Source of the DNA: an uncultured Arcobacter sp. | GTDB taxonomy: Bacteria; Campylobacterota; Campylobacteria; Campylobacterales; Arcobacteraceae | Assembly: GCA_965140705.1 (NCBI GenBank) | Contig: OZ223300.1 | Span: 864,001 to 928,000 of the forward strand | Length of the DNA: 64,000 nucleotides | Direction of reading: 5' to 3' | In this document: positions 1 to 11,439 of the stretch, one piece after another | How positions within the stretch are numbered: position 1 is the stretch's first letter | Layout: each line of letters begins with the position of its first letter | The notes under the pieces: generated by a model | Told to the model about the DNA's origin: nothing | Databases searched by the model: none | The model's input: only the letters and a program-made list of their open reading frames with translations | Position numbers and translations under genes: made by a program

Positions 1-93
1 AAATAGCTTGAGAATATATGTGTAAAAAGTGATATAATAGAAATTAAATACTTTTTGAGTTATAAATATCATGAAAATAAAACTAAATCATTT

Positions 94-633
94 TTACAAT
101 AGAAAAGTTTTTAAGTCCTCAAAAATTTCTTTTTGTTCTTTCTCTGATAGATTGATGTATTTTAAAGTCATAGAAGTAAACATTGCTTCTGAAAACAAGA
201 AAGCTAATCTTAACTTTTTACCTTCATCTGTATTTGTATCAATTGATCCTAAGGCACTGCTATGCCAATCTTGTAATCCTTCGAAAACAGATTTATCTTG
301 CAAAAGTACAGTAATAACTTTAGATATTTTATCCAATTCTTCATTGCTATTATACTTTGAAATATATTCAATATGTGCTTTTAATTCAGAATATTTTGAA
401 TTCGTATCTTTTGACAAAATTTTTATTTGATGGTTATAATCATCATCATTCTTTTCAAAAACTGCTTTTATCATAGCCTCTTTATTTCCAAAAATATATT
501 GAACACCACCTATTGAAATATTTGCTTTTTTAGCTACCTTTCTAATACTTAAACCAGAAATACCTTCATTCAAAATAATATCTTCAATAATACTTATTAA
601 ATAGTTTTTATCTATTTTATTTTTTGTACCCAA
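94..633 (-). CDS. TetR/AcrR family transcriptional regulator
   Basis: N-terminal HTH (GLSIRKVAKKANISIGGVQYIFGNKE); TTG start with AAGGA upstream; divergent from the RND operon. Confidence 0.9.
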   Translation of the reverse strand: MGTKNKIDKNYLISIIEDIILNEGISGLSIRKVAKKANISIGGVQYIFGNKEAMIKAVFEKNDDDYNHQIKILSKDTNSKYSELKAHIEYISKYNSNEELDKISKVITVLLQDKSVFEGLQDWHSSALGSIDTNTDEGKKLRLAFLFSEAMFTSMTLKYINLSEKEQKEIFEDLKTFLL

Positions 634-704
634 ACGCTTCCTTTTTTCATTTCATATTATTTAATAAAAAATTAAGACTACTTTAAATAGTATTCATGCC
701 ATTA

Positions 705-722
705 AATACATACGTATGTATT
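705..722. promoter_or_regulatory. Perfect 18-bp palindrome AATACATACGTATGTATT, probable TetR operator
   Basis: Exact inverted repeat between tetR and the efflux operon, 14 nt before the MFP start; TACATAC half-site resembles AcrR-type operators. Confidence 0.7.
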
Positions 723-736
723 GTAAAGGTTAATTA

Positions 737-1891
737 ATGAAATTTTGCTTAAAAGGTTTATTTTTAGTACTATTTACGATTCTATTATTAGGATGTGATA
801 ATCAAAAAAAGAATGACTTTTCGGAAGAAAAACAAAAAATTGAAGTTGGATATATAACACTAAATAAACAAGAAGTTCCTTTTCAACAAGAGTTGTCAGG
901 AAGAATCAAAGCTATTTATAAATCTGAAGTTAGACCACAAATTGATGGCATTATAAAAAAACGACTTTTTAAAGAAGGAAGTTATGTAAAAAAAGGTGAT
1001 ATTTTATATGTAATCGATCCCGATTCATATCAAGCTACTTATGAAGAAGCGTTAGCAACATTAAAAAGTTCAGAAGCAAATTTAATTACATTAAAATTAA
1101 AGAATGAGAGATATAAAGAATCTGTAAAGTTTAATGTTATATCTAAACAAGAAGCAGATGATGCCAAAGCTGCTTATTTACAAGCAATTGCTTTGGTTGA
1201 ACAAAATAAAGCTTTGGTAAAAAGTGCTAAAATTAATTTAGATAGAACAAAAATAAAAGCACAAATTTCAGGCTTTATTGGAATATCTAATTACACTGTT
1301 GGTGCTTTAGTTTCGCAAAATCAAACAAATGCATTAACTACAATACGAGATACAAGTAAAGTATATGTAGATTTAAGTCAATCTAACAATCAACTATTTA
1401 AATTAAAAAAATTAAATAAAGATAGAATAAAAGAAGATAAAATAAATGTAAATATCATTTTGCCAGATGACACCGTGTATAAATATACTGGAAAACTCAA
1501 ACTTCAAGAAATATCAGTTGATGAAGATACTGGATATGTAACTTTAAGAGCAGAATTCCCAAATCCAGATGGAGAATTATTAGATAATATGTTCGTAAAT
1601 ACGGTAATTGAGAGTGGTAGTTCTAGTGCTTTTTTAGTTCCCCAACAAGCTGTTACTTTAGATGCGAAATCTAATTATATTGTTACTACCATTCAAAAAA
1701 ATAATACTACTCAAACAAAAATAATAACCGTAATAAGAGCAATAGGCAATAAATGGCTTGTAACAGATGGTATTTCACAAACAGATAAAATTATAATTGA
1801 GGGTCTAAATAAAATCAATGAAAAAAGTATTGTTATTCCAAAAGATCTTAACAATTTATATGTAGATAACTCAAAAGCAGAAGTAAAATGA
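737..1891 (+). CDS. RND efflux periplasmic adaptor (AcrA/CmeA-like lipoprotein)
   Basis: Lipobox LLGC; EVRPQIDGII and AEFPNPDGEL motifs; directly upstream of the RND pump. Confidence 0.93.
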   Translation: MKFCLKGLFLVLFTILLLGCDNQKKNDFSEEKQKIEVGYITLNKQEVPFQQELSGRIKAIYKSEVRPQIDGIIKKRLFKEGSYVKKGDILYVIDPDSYQATYEEALATLKSSEANLITLKLKNERYKESVKFNVISKQEADDAKAAYLQAIALVEQNKALVKSAKINLDRTKIKAQISGFIGISNYTVGALVSQNQTNALTTIRDTSKVYVDLSQSNNQLFKLKKLNKDRIKEDKINVNIILPDDTVYKYTGKLKLQEISVDEDTGYVTLRAEFPNPDGELLDNMFVNTVIESGSSSAFLVPQQAVTLDAKSNYIVTTIQKNNTTQTKIITVIRAIGNKWLVTDGISQTDKIIIEGLNKINEKSIVIPKDLNNLYVDNSKAEVK

Positions 1892-4800
1892 TAGCTCGTT
1901 TTTTTATTAATCATCCTATTTTTGCATGGGTAATATCTTTACTTATAATGTTATTAGGATTACTTTCTATAAAAAATTTACCAGTAGAACAGTATCCAGA
2001 TATTGCTCCTCCTACAATTAATATTCAAGCAACATACGCTGGAGCAACAGCTAAAACTATTGAAAATAGTATCACTCAACTTATAGAAGAAGAATTAACT
2101 GGATTAGATGGATTATTGTATTTTTCTTCAACTAGTCAAACAGGAAGTTCAAGTATAAATGTTGTATTTGAAAAGGGTGTAGATCCAGATATTGCTCAAG
2201 TTAAAGTAAATAATAAGATTCAACAAGTACTTCCAAGACTTCCAGAAGATGTTAGAAAAGAAGGGGTTAGTGTTGTAAAATCACAAGATGATTTTCTTAT
2301 GATACTTAGTATCCATGATGAATCAGGAAAATCAAGTGAAAATGATATTTCAGATTATTTAATCACCAATATAAAAGATGGACTTTCTAGAATAAATGGT
2401 GTTGGTGGAGTTGAACTTTTTGGTTCAGAATATGCAATGAGAGTTTGGATAGATCCCAAAAAACTTAAATCTTATAATCTAATGCCTTCAGATATTAATA
2501 ATGCAATTTTAAAACAAAATGCACAAGTATCTGCAGGAAGTATTGGAGCAAGACCACAGGTAAAAGGTCAAGAGTTAAATGCAGATGTTGTATCAAGAAG
2601 TAAATTAGAAAATGCAAAAGAGTTTGAAAATATTGTAATAAAAAGTAATAAAAATGGTGCAGATGTTCTTTTAAAAGATGTTGCAAAAGTTGTATTAGGT
2701 AGTAATGATTACTCTTTTATATCGAAAAATAATGGATATCAAGCAAGTGGTATAGGTATAAAATTATCTTCTGGTGCAAATGCTGTTGATGTAGCAAAAA
2801 GAGTTAGAGAATATTTATCATCATTTGAGAACTCTTTACCAAGTGGATACATAATTTCATATCCATATGATACAACTATTTTTATTGAAGAATCTATAAA
2901 AGAAGTTGTAAAAACACTCTTTGAAGCTGTGTTCTTGGTAGTTGTTGTAATGTTTGTTTTTCTTAATAGTTGGCGAGCAACTATAATCCCTGCTATTGCA
3001 GTACCCGTGGTACTGCTTGGTACCTTTGCTATTTTGAATTTTTTAGGATTTACAATAAACTCTTTAACTATGTTTGCAATGGTATTATCCATAGGTTTAT
3101 TGGTTGATGATGCTATTGTTGTTGTTGAAAATGTAGAAAGGAATATGAGAGAAAAAAAGCTTTGTGCAAAAGAAGCAACTATTATAGCAATGGATGAAAT
3201 CACGAGTGCTTTAATTGGAGTTGCAACTGTACTTTCTGTAGTATTTTTGCCAATGATATTTTTTACAGGTTCTACTGGAATTATATATAAACAATTTGCA
3301 GTTACAATTATATCTTCTATGGTTTTATCAGTTATTGTAGCATTGACACTATCTCCTGCTATTTGTGCTACCTTTTTAAAACCTCATAATCCAAATAAAA
3401 AGAGTAATGATGTACTTGATTGGTTTAATAGAAAATTCACTAATTTAACAAAAAAATATGAATCAGGAATTTTTAAATTTATTAATGCTCCTATGAAATC
3501 ACTTGTTGCTTATATTGCAATAATAGCTGTAAGTATTTTATTTTTTATAAAATTACCTACGGGATTTATCCCACCTGAAGATCAAGGTGATTTGATGATT
3601 CAATTTACCCTTCCAGCTGGTGCAAGTACAACACGTTCTGAAAATACTGAAAAAATAATAAGAGATTATTTTTTAACAGAAGAAAAAAGTAATATAAATT
3701 CTATTTTTTCAATTGTTGGTTTTACCTTTTCAGGAAATGGACAAAATGGGGGATTAGGATTTGTTGAGCTAAAAAATTGGAATCAAAGAGCTGGTATAGA
3801 AAATAGTGCAGATTCCATTGCTAATAGAGCAATGATGAAGTTTACAGATAATAAGTCAAAATATTTTATAAGAGATGCACAAGTATTTGTAATGAATCCA
3901 TCTTCTGTTCCTGGTTTAGGTAATACAGATGGCTTTGAATTTCAATTACAAGCTGGTGCTAAAATGACAAGAGATGATTTATCAGTAGCAAAAGATTCTT
4001 TACTAAAAGAAGTAAATTCAAATAAATTGATAGTAAATGCAAGAGTTGAGGGAACTGAAGAGACACCAAAATTAAAACTTGATTATGATAAGAAAAAAAT
4101 CTTTTCATTGGGATTATCTTATGATGATATTGATAATACTCTAAATACAGCTTGGGCAGGTTCTTATGTTAATGATTTTATTGATAAATCAAGAATAAAA
4201 AGAGTCTATGTACAAGCTGATGCAAAATATCGATCTAAACCTGAAGATTTATATCAATGGAATGTTAGAAATAATGAAAATAAAATGGTCTCTTTTGAAG
4301 AGTTTACTAATATCTCTTGGAAAAAATCTGAGAAATCATTGACAAGATATAATGGCCTAGCTTCTTATTTAATTCAAGGTGAAGCTGCTTCTGGTGTAAG
4401 TTCAGGAGTTGCAATGGATGAGATGGAAAGATTAGCAAAACTTAATAATAAAGATACTAAATATTCATGGAGTGGCTTATCTTATCAAGAGAGATTGTCA
4501 AGCGGTCAAGCTATATATTTATACGCATTATCTTTAGTCGTTATATTTTTATGTTTAGCTGCTTTATATGAGAGTTGGAGTATTCCATTTTCTGTTTTAT
4601 TAGCTGTACCATTAGGAGTTGTTGGAGCCGTTATTGCAGTATATTTTAGAGGATTGAACAATGATATTTATTTTCAAGTTGCACTTTTAACAACAATTGG
4701 ATTGGTCTCAAAAAATGCAATATTGATAGTTGAGTTTGTTGAAAATGCATATAAAAAAGGTGAATCATTAACAGTTGCAGCAGTAAAAGGAGCAACTTTA

Positions 4801-5025
4801 AGATTTAGACCAATAATTATGACTTCATTAGCTTTTATTGCTGGTATTATTCCTTTAGCAATTTCAACAGGGGCAGGAGCAAATAGTAGGATTTCAATAG
4901 GTACAGGAATTATTGGTGGTACACTAACAGCCACGCTTTTAGTAATATTTTATGTTCCTCTTTTATTCATTTTAATAAAAAAAGTATTTGAAAAAAAAGA
5001 GAAAAAAGGTACAAAAAATGTTTAA
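1888..5025 (+). CDS. RND efflux pump permease (HAE1, AcrB/CmeB-like)
   Basis: 1045 aa; LPVEQYPDIAPP, GLLVDDAIVVVENVER, KNAILIVEF, LRFRPIIMTSLAF. Confidence 0.96.
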   Translation: MIARFFINHPIFAWVISLLIMLLGLLSIKNLPVEQYPDIAPPTINIQATYAGATAKTIENSITQLIEEELTGLDGLLYFSSTSQTGSSSINVVFEKGVDPDIAQVKVNNKIQQVLPRLPEDVRKEGVSVVKSQDDFLMILSIHDESGKSSENDISDYLITNIKDGLSRINGVGGVELFGSEYAMRVWIDPKKLKSYNLMPSDINNAILKQNAQVSAGSIGARPQVKGQELNADVVSRSKLENAKEFENIVIKSNKNGADVLLKDVAKVVLGSNDYSFISKNNGYQASGIGIKLSSGANAVDVAKRVREYLSSFENSLPSGYIISYPYDTTIFIEESIKEVVKTLFEAVFLVVVVMFVFLNSWRATIIPAIAVPVVLLGTFAILNFLGFTINSLTMFAMVLSIGLLVDDAIVVVENVERNMREKKLCAKEATIIAMDEITSALIGVATVLSVVFLPMIFFTGSTGIIYKQFAVTIISSMVLSVIVALTLSPAICATFLKPHNPNKKSNDVLDWFNRKFTNLTKKYESGIFKFINAPMKSLVAYIAIIAVSILFFIKLPTGFIPPEDQGDLMIQFTLPAGASTTRSENTEKIIRDYFLTEEKSNINSIFSIVGFTFSGNGQNGGLGFVELKNWNQRAGIENSADSIANRAMMKFTDNKSKYFIRDAQVFVMNPSSVPGLGNTDGFEFQLQAGAKMTRDDLSVAKDSLLKEVNSNKLIVNARVEGTEETPKLKLDYDKKKIFSLGLSYDDIDNTLNTAWAGSYVNDFIDKSRIKRVYVQADAKYRSKPEDLYQWNVRNNENKMVSFEEFTNISWKKSEKSLTRYNGLASYLIQGEAASGVSSGVAMDEMERLAKLNNKDTKYSWSGLSYQERLSSGQAIYLYALSLVVIFLCLAALYESWSIPFSVLLAVPLGVVGAVIAVYFRGLNNDIYFQVALLTTIGLVSKNAILIVEFVENAYKKGESLTVAAVKGATLRFRPIIMTSLAFIAGIIPLAISTGAGANSRISIGTGIIGGTLTATLLVIFYVPLLFILIKKVFEKKEKKGTKNV

Positions 5026-6403
5026 ATTTTTATTTATTTCAATAAATATTCTTATATTTACAGGATGTAGCTTAAAGCCAGAGATTGCATATAATAACTC
5101 TATAATACCACCTAAATTTAAGAATGCAGTAGATAAAAATAGTAAGGTAGAATATATACAACCAAAATGGGAAGATTTTGTAAAAAATGATAAACTAAAA
5201 AAATTGATTAAATTGGCTCTTGAAAATAATAGAGATTTAAAAATAGCAATTTTAAATATAGAAGCAGCAAGAGCTACATATAGAATAGAAAAATCAAAAT
5301 ATTTTCCTTCTATTGAAGCAAAAGCCAATAGTACAAATTCAAGAGATATTACATCTACTAATACAGAAATATCTCGTACATATTCTTCAAAATTTGGAGC
5401 TTCTTATGAGCTTGATTTATTTGGGAAAATTAGAAATTCAAATGATTTTGCATTACAAAGTTATTTAGCTACAAAATATGCAACAACAGCAACAAAAATT
5501 AGTTTAATCTCTGAAGTTATTAATAGTTGGAATACTCTTTGTGCAAATATTGAGCAGTTGAAAATATTAGAAAAAAGTATTGAAAATTTAACTTTATCAT
5601 ATGAATTAACACAAAAAAAATTTGATATGGGTATTAGCTTAATTGATGATGTTCTTAGTGCAAAAACAAGTTTAAAAGAAGCAGAAGTAAGTTTTTTAAA
5701 TCAAAAAACAATTATTGAAAAAAATAAGAATACTTTAGAACTCTTGGTAGCAACAACAATTCCTAAAAATTTAATACCAAGTGGTTTTGAAGAAAATGAA
5801 AAAAGCCTTATGTTAATTCAACCTGGAATTTCATCAAAAGTTTTATTTTCACGCCCTGATATTATTCAAGCTGAATACAATTTAAAAGCAAAAAATGCAA
5901 ATATAGGTGTTGCAAGAGCTGCATTTTTCCCTTCAATTAGTTTAACTGCAGATTATGGTCTTGCAAGTAATTCTTTGAGTTCATTGTTTAATGGAAATTC
6001 TCATACTGTGTGGTCTTTTATACCAAGTATTAATTTACCTATTTTTAAAGGAGGTGAAAATATGGCAAATTTGGATTATGCAAAAGCTCAACAAAAAATA
6101 GCTCTTGCTCAATATGAAAAAACTATACAGTCTGCATTTAAAGATGTATCTGATGCATTGAGTGAAAGATCGAATATAACTAAACAGCTTAAGGTACAAA
6201 AAGATTTAGTAAATACAGCAAAAAAAAGTTACGACATATCTTTAAATTCTTATAAGTATGGATTAGGGAACTATTTAAATGTTTTAATTTCACAAAAAAA
6301 GTTTTTTGATTCAAAAAGAGCTTTAATCGATACGAAATTAAGTGAGTTAATAAATAGAGTAAATTTATATACTTCTTTAGGTGGTAATGAGAAAATAGAT
6401 TAA
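5018..6403 (+). CDS. Outer-membrane efflux channel lipoprotein (OprM/CmeC-like)
   Basis: Start moved to ATG 5018; lipobox FTGC; SYELDLFG, RPDI, ARAAFFPSISLT, LYTSLGG. Confidence 0.93.
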   Translation: MFKFLFISINILIFTGCSLKPEIAYNNSIIPPKFKNAVDKNSKVEYIQPKWEDFVKNDKLKKLIKLALENNRDLKIAILNIEAARATYRIEKSKYFPSIEAKANSTNSRDITSTNTEISRTYSSKFGASYELDLFGKIRNSNDFALQSYLATKYATTATKISLISEVINSWNTLCANIEQLKILEKSIENLTLSYELTQKKFDMGISLIDDVLSAKTSLKEAEVSFLNQKTIIEKNKNTLELLVATTIPKNLIPSGFEENEKSLMLIQPGISSKVLFSRPDIIQAEYNLKAKNANIGVARAAFFPSISLTADYGLASNSLSSLFNGNSHTVWSFIPSINLPIFKGGENMANLDYAKAQQKIALAQYEKTIQSAFKDVSDALSERSNITKQLKVQKDLVNTAKKSYDISLNSYKYGLGNYLNVLISQKKFFDSKRALIDTKLSELINRVNLYTSLGGNEKID

Positions 6404-6419
6404 ATCTATTTTCTTTTTT
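6390..6419 (+). terminator. Putative intrinsic terminator with the OMF stop codon in the loop
   Basis: AGAAAATAGAT-TAA-ATCTATTTTCT followed by a T run; AT-rich stem. Confidence 0.5.
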
Positions 6420-6440
6420 ATATTTTATATTTTATATTTT

Positions 6441-7349
6441 TTATTTTAACTCAAAAGGCGTTTCTTGATAAACGAAATAATTTAACCAATTAGCAAATAA
6501 TAAATGTGCAGCTGAACGCCATTTTACTTTTGGGTCTTTTGTTGGGTCATTATTTTTAAAATAGTTTTTAGGCACATCTATCTCAAGACCTTTTTCTACA
6601 TCTCTTAAATACTCTTTTTGTAAAGAATCAAAATCATACTCAACATGTCCACTCATAAATACATGTTTTCTATCTTTTGAAGCTACTAAACAAACACCTG
6701 AATCTTCTGAATATAGAAGTAATTCTAAATCATCAACCTTATCAATATCTTCTTTTAAAACAGTTGTATATCTTGAGTGAGGAATATAAGCTTCATCATC
6801 AAAACCTCTTAAAAGAGGATTTGTTTTATTAAATAAATCATGTTCAAAAACACCAAATGTTTTTTTGTTTTGTTCATACTTTTGAATACCATGGTGATAA
6901 TAAAGCCCTGCTTGTGAACCCCAACAAATGTGCAATGTAGATGTAATATTTGTCTTTGAGTATTCCATGATTTCTTTTAATTCTTCCCAATAAGAAACCT
7001 CTTCAAAAGGCATAGTCTCTATTGGAGCACCTGTTATTATAAGTCCATCAAAATTGTGCTCTTTTACCTCTTCAAAGGTTTTATAAAAACTTTCTAAATG
7101 ATCTTCTGAAGTATTTTTAGACTGATAAGTTGCAGTTTTTAAAAGAGTAATCTCTGTTTGTAAGGGAGTATTACCCAAAAGTCTTAATAATTGAGTCTCT
7201 GTTTCAACTTTATTTGGCATTAAATTTAATATTAGAATTTTTAGAGGTCGAATATCTTGTTTCATAGCTTTTTTATCATTCATAATGAAAATATTCTCAT
7301 TTTGTAAAATTTTAACAGCTGGGAGTTTTTTGGGAATTACAATAGGCAT
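6441..7349 (-). CDS. metAA: Homoserine O-acetyltransferase (MetA family)
   Basis: [18 protein letters not shown] catalytic Cys, PHSR, GHVEY; TGAPIE has Glu at the acyl-specificity position, which indicates acetyl- rather than succinyl-CoA. Confidence 0.92.
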   Translation of the reverse strand: MPIVIPKKLPAVKILQNENIFIMNDKKAMKQDIRPLKILILNLMPNKVETETQLLRLLGNTPLQTEITLLKTATYQSKNTSEDHLESFYKTFEEVKEHNFDGLIITGAPIETMPFEEVSYWEELKEIMEYSKTNITSTLHICWGSQAGLYYHHGIQKYEQNKKTFGVFEHDLFNKTNPLLRGFDDEAYIPHSRYTTVLKEDIDKVDDLELLLYSEDSGVCLVASKDRKHVFMSGHVEYDFDSLQKEYLRDVEKGLEIDVPKNYFKNNDPTKDPKVKWRSAAHLLFANWLNYFVYQETPFELK

Positions 7350-7495
7350 ATTAACCTCCTTAATAATTTTTGGAAATTATAACATTAAAGTAATAAAAAG
7401 AGCAGCTTGTATTATTTTTATCAAAAGGAATAAAATAGTTTTTATGTATCAATATGCTAGAATAGAAACCAATTTATTAATAAAAAGGACAAAGC

Positions 7496-8269
7496 TTGCC
7501 ATACTTGAAAAACATAGTATTATTTATAATAACAATATTCTTTTTTACTGGATGTGTTTCCCTAAAAAAAGAGACTGTTCAAGAGATGTTTCAATCAAAC
7601 AATGCAGTTGAAATAAAAAATGATTATAAAAAAATCACTAGATTAGTAATTCGTTTAAAAGAGAAACTTGATAAACGAAATCCAAAAGCATATGATGAAA
7701 ATTTAGCAAGTAGTATTTATACAGAAATTGATAATTTACAAGATACTATAAATTTAAAATTTAAAAATAATGATGTAGGCTCTTACAAAAGTTATTTACA
7801 AATTGCTTTTAGTAAAGATGATATAAAAAACAGAAATGATTACTTAATACTTGGTTTGTATAAAAATATTTATGATGCTTATGATATATCAAGTAGTTAT
7901 AAAATAACTGCTTTTTCATATGATAAAGAAAAACTTTTAAAACTTTATAAAAACCTACAAATATTGGCTTGGAAAATAAAAGTTGAAAAAGATTTAAATG
8001 ATAATTATCTATTTTTAACTTGGCAAAATAATTGGCAAATAGAATTAGAGAAAAAGGTAAAAGCTGGATTAAAACCAACTTGGGAAGATTTTAAAAATTT
8101 AGCTTATATTAAAAATGGACAGGAGAGTATTTTTGGATATTCAAACTTATCATTTGAACATATTATTTTACAAATGAAAGCTAGAGTAGGTACTACTTTA
8201 GAAAGACTTGGAACTGAACCTACTCAAATGAGTTTAAATACTATAAAATCTATTTTTATATTTTTATAG
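7496..8269 (+). CDS. Hypothetical lipoprotein
   Basis: TTG start after AAGGA; signal peptide with lipobox FTGC; no family recognised. Confidence 0.75.
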   Translation: MPYLKNIVLFIITIFFFTGCVSLKKETVQEMFQSNNAVEIKNDYKKITRLVIRLKEKLDKRNPKAYDENLASSIYTEIDNLQDTINLKFKNNDVGSYKSYLQIAFSKDDIKNRNDYLILGLYKNIYDAYDISSSYKITAFSYDKEKLLKLYKNLQILAWKIKVEKDLNDNYLFLTWQNNWQIELEKKVKAGLKPTWEDFKNLAYIKNGQESIFGYSNLSFEHIILQMKARVGTTLERLGTEPTQMSLNTIKSIFIFL

Positions 8270-8271
8270 GA

Positions 8272-11200
8272 TTAAAAACTCTTTCTTAATTTGTGTGTAA
8301 TTGTAAATAAAACTGGTAGATAAATAAGATTTAAAATAGTTCCCCACAATAACCCAAAGCCAAGTCCTATGGCTATGGGTTGAAAAATAACTGCTTGTCC
8401 TGATGGGAAAAATATCAATGAACTCATACCTATTAGTGTTGTAATTGTTGTGATAAAAATTGGTCTAAATCTTTTTGTTGCTCTAGAAAAAATTTCATCT
8501 ATATTTTTTGCCTTTTTTAAATATGTCATCATAATAATCCCATCATTTATAACAACTCCAGCTAATCCAAGAGCTCCTATTAATGAAGGCATAGAAAGAT
8601 TTAATCCCATAATTTGATGACCTATAAAAACTCCTAATAAAGAGAAAGGTATAACACTCATTAAAATAAAGGTTTCTCTAAAAGAGTTAAATAAATATAA
8701 CATTGCTAACATAATTAAGACAAAAGTTAAGGCAGAAGCAAATAACATATCACTTCTTAAACTTGCTTGTTTTTCAGCTTCACCTTTTAACACTATTTTA
8801 ATACCCTCATTTTTAAATTCATCTAAAAGAGGTTTTATCTTTTCTAAGGCTTCACTTGCAGTTAGGATTTCTGGGTCAACATTTGCAAAAACATAAAAGT
8901 TCTTTTCTCCATTTTCTTTCATCAGTTGTTCAAAATCTTTTTTAATATTGAAATCTGCAATTTCATATAAACTAACAGTGGTACCATCCTCTAATGGAAT
9001 TTGTGTATTTCTAAAGGCATCAAAATCATCTTTATTTAGACTTTGTATTTTTATGTCAAGCATATCTGTTGCATCAAAACTAACAGCTTTTTTCTTTAAA
9101 AGATAAAGATTAGATAAATATGCACCAAGACTTGACTCATCCAATCCAAGATATTCTCCATAGGTATTTACTTTTAGTTTTATTTCATCTACTCCAAATT
9201 TAAGAGTATTTGAGGTATTTTTTATACCTTTTAAATTTTGGAGGGTAGTTTGTAGTTTATTAACTGCTTTTATTATCTTTTTATTATCATTTGAGATAAG
9301 TCCAATTTTAATGTCAGATTTTACAGGTCCTACTCTTCTTTCAAGAACTGATATTTCTGAAAGTTTATATTTAGATTTATAATCTTGTTTTATTAGATAT
9401 TGTTTTAATAATTTTGCTATTTCTTTTGAGCTTAATTCTCTTGTTCTATTCTTATCATCATAATAAAAACTTAAATAAGGAGTTACATATTTATCTAAGA
9501 AGTTTGCTTCTTTTGGTTTTTGAAGCTCTAAGGTCATATACATAACATAAGGAAATCTTTCAGTATTACTTGCTGTATCCCTTCTATATCCTGCAACTGA
9601 ATCAATACTTTTAATATAAAAATCATCTTTTTTAGCTATTAAATCTTTTTCTATAGCCTGAACTATTTTAAAGGCATCTTCAAGTTTTGTGTTTTGGTTG
9701 GCTTTGATTGTTATTTTTACATCTGTAGCATCAAATTTGGGAAACATTTGAAACTTTGAATTTTTTGCAATAAGATAAGTAGAAAGAGGTACAAGAATAA
9801 TAAAAATAGTTAAAAATGTTTTTTTCCAATCCATAAAAAAATGGAGCGTTTTATTATAAAGTGTATTTACTTTTTCCCAAGAAGTGACCTTTGAATCACT
9901 TTTAAGGGTATGTGCTGCATGTATTGGTAAGAAAATAAAAGATTCTATCAATGAGGCAACAACCAAGGCTGAAAGAGCTATAGGGATAAGTTTCATAACT
10001 TCACCCAATGTTCCACTTATCATTAAAATTGGTAAAAATGAAAATAAAGTTGTAATTGAGGCTATGGTTACAGGTTCTACCATCTCTTTTGCCCCTAATA
10101 CTGCTGCTTCTTTTGGGGCATATCCTTCTTCAATATATTGTTGAATATTTTCACTTACAACAATTGCATCATCAACAACTATACCAATGGCTATCAAAAC
10201 CCCAACAAGAGAAATCATATTTATAGAATAACCAGATAAATAGATATATAAAGCTGCCATTACAAATGAAGTTGGAATACCAAGGGCAATAATAAATGAC
10301 ATTCTAGCATTGATTAAAAGCATAACTATTAGTGTAATTAAAATAATACCAAGCATGATATTTGATACAACAATATTTAATCTATCTCGTATTCTTTCGC
10401 TATTATCATCTGCGATTATGATATTTACATCTTTATTTTGTTTATTTAGCTTTGGTAAAAGTTTTTCAATATTTTTTGTTATAACTAAAGCATCTGCTGT
10501 ATCATTTTGTTCTACTTTTAATGATAGGGCATTTTTACCATTAAAAGAGTAAAGGGTTGAAGAATCTTCATACTTCTTTTTTATAGTTGCAATATCGCTT
10601 AAATAAACTGTTTGGTTACCTATTCTTATGACACTTTTTGCAAATTCTTTTGCATTTTTTGCTCCATTATAAGTTGAAATATAATAGTGCTTTTTCCCTT
10701 CTATTTTACCTATTGGAAAAATATATGAAAGTGTTGAGATAGCATTAAAAATTTCTGTTTTATTTAATCCAAGGGCCTCTATTTTATTGTCATCTAGTGA
10801 TATTTCATAAAATTTATCTGAATCACCAAATATGGTGATTTCATTTATTCCACTTATTGTCATTAATTCACTTTTGATATCATCAGCCAAAGGTTTTAGT
10901 TGGTCAAGGGTATATTTTGAAGAGGTTAATGAAATATCTAATAAAGTTCTAGTTCTATCTACTACTTTAACCGTTGGTTCATCCATATCAGATGGAAGAT
11001 CTTTTTTTACAGAGGTAATTATATCTTTTACTTTATCTGACTCGTTGTATCTATCTTTTCCTTTTTTTAGTTCTAATATAATAGAAAATTTGCCAGGGCT
11101 AATAACAGTAGTTATTGTATCTACGCTGTCAAGGTTTTTTAAGTCATCTTCTATTTCGTTTACAACCATTTTATCAAGAATATCAACTGATGCCCCTGTA

Positions 11201-11358
11201 TAAGAGCCACTGATTGAAATCATTTCAAGTTCAAAGGTAGGAAAAATTTCTTTTGGAGTTTTATTATATGCCCATATTCCAATTGCAAAAATCATGAAAA
11301 AAAGTGTGTAGTTTATTCTTGAGTTTTCCACAAAGAATTTTAAAATTTTTTCAAACAT
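8272..11358 (-). CDS. Orphan RND permease (AcrB/AcrD/AcrF family)
   Basis: 1028 aa; GIVVDDAIVVSENI, GVVINDGI, RFRPIFITTITT; no adjacent adaptor or channel gene. Confidence 0.9.
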   Translation of the reverse strand: MFEKILKFFVENSRINYTLFFMIFAIGIWAYNKTPKEIFPTFELEMISISGSYTGASVDILDKMVVNEIEDDLKNLDSVDTITTVISPGKFSIILELKKGKDRYNESDKVKDIITSVKKDLPSDMDEPTVKVVDRTRTLLDISLTSSKYTLDQLKPLADDIKSELMTISGINEITIFGDSDKFYEISLDDNKIEALGLNKTEIFNAISTLSYIFPIGKIEGKKHYYISTYNGAKNAKEFAKSVIRIGNQTVYLSDIATIKKKYEDSSTLYSFNGKNALSLKVEQNDTADALVITKNIEKLLPKLNKQNKDVNIIIADDNSERIRDRLNIVVSNIMLGIILITLIVMLLINARMSFIIALGIPTSFVMAALYIYLSGYSINMISLVGVLIAIGIVVDDAIVVSENIQQYIEEGYAPKEAAVLGAKEMVEPVTIASITTLFSFLPILMISGTLGEVMKLIPIALSALVVASLIESFIFLPIHAAHTLKSDSKVTSWEKVNTLYNKTLHFFMDWKKTFLTIFIILVPLSTYLIAKNSKFQMFPKFDATDVKITIKANQNTKLEDAFKIVQAIEKDLIAKKDDFYIKSIDSVAGYRRDTASNTERFPYVMYMTLELQKPKEANFLDKYVTPYLSFYYDDKNRTRELSSKEIAKLLKQYLIKQDYKSKYKLSEISVLERRVGPVKSDIKIGLISNDNKKIIKAVNKLQTTLQNLKGIKNTSNTLKFGVDEIKLKVNTYGEYLGLDESSLGAYLSNLYLLKKKAVSFDATDMLDIKIQSLNKDDFDAFRNTQIPLEDGTTVSLYEIADFNIKKDFEQLMKENGEKNFYVFANVDPEILTASEALEKIKPLLDEFKNEGIKIVLKGEAEKQASLRSDMLFASALTFVLIMLAMLYLFNSFRETFILMSVIPFSLLGVFIGHQIMGLNLSMPSLIGALGLAGVVINDGIIMMTYLKKAKNIDEIFSRATKRFRPIFITTITTLIGMSSLIFFPSGQAVIFQPIAIGLGFGLLWGTILNLIYLPVLFTITHKLRKSF

Positions 11359-11439
11359 ATTTTGCCTAAGTGTAGTATTTGTATAAAATTATAGATAGTA
11401 ATTATTAAATTTGGATTAATAATTACTAAAATGAGTTTT

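Noticed and set aside
71..430. 119-aa plus-strand ORF preceded by TGATATAAT at 30-38
   Set aside because: Almost entirely antisense to tetR with no recognisable motif or Shine-Dalgarno; antisense transcription is possible but unsupported
6415..6445. TTTATAT heptamer run between convergent genes
   Set aside because: Low-complexity AT sequence expected by chance in this genome
7350..7495. Possible SAM riboswitch or T-box upstream of metAA
   Set aside because: An extended -10 lies only about 25 nt before the start and no structured leader is visible
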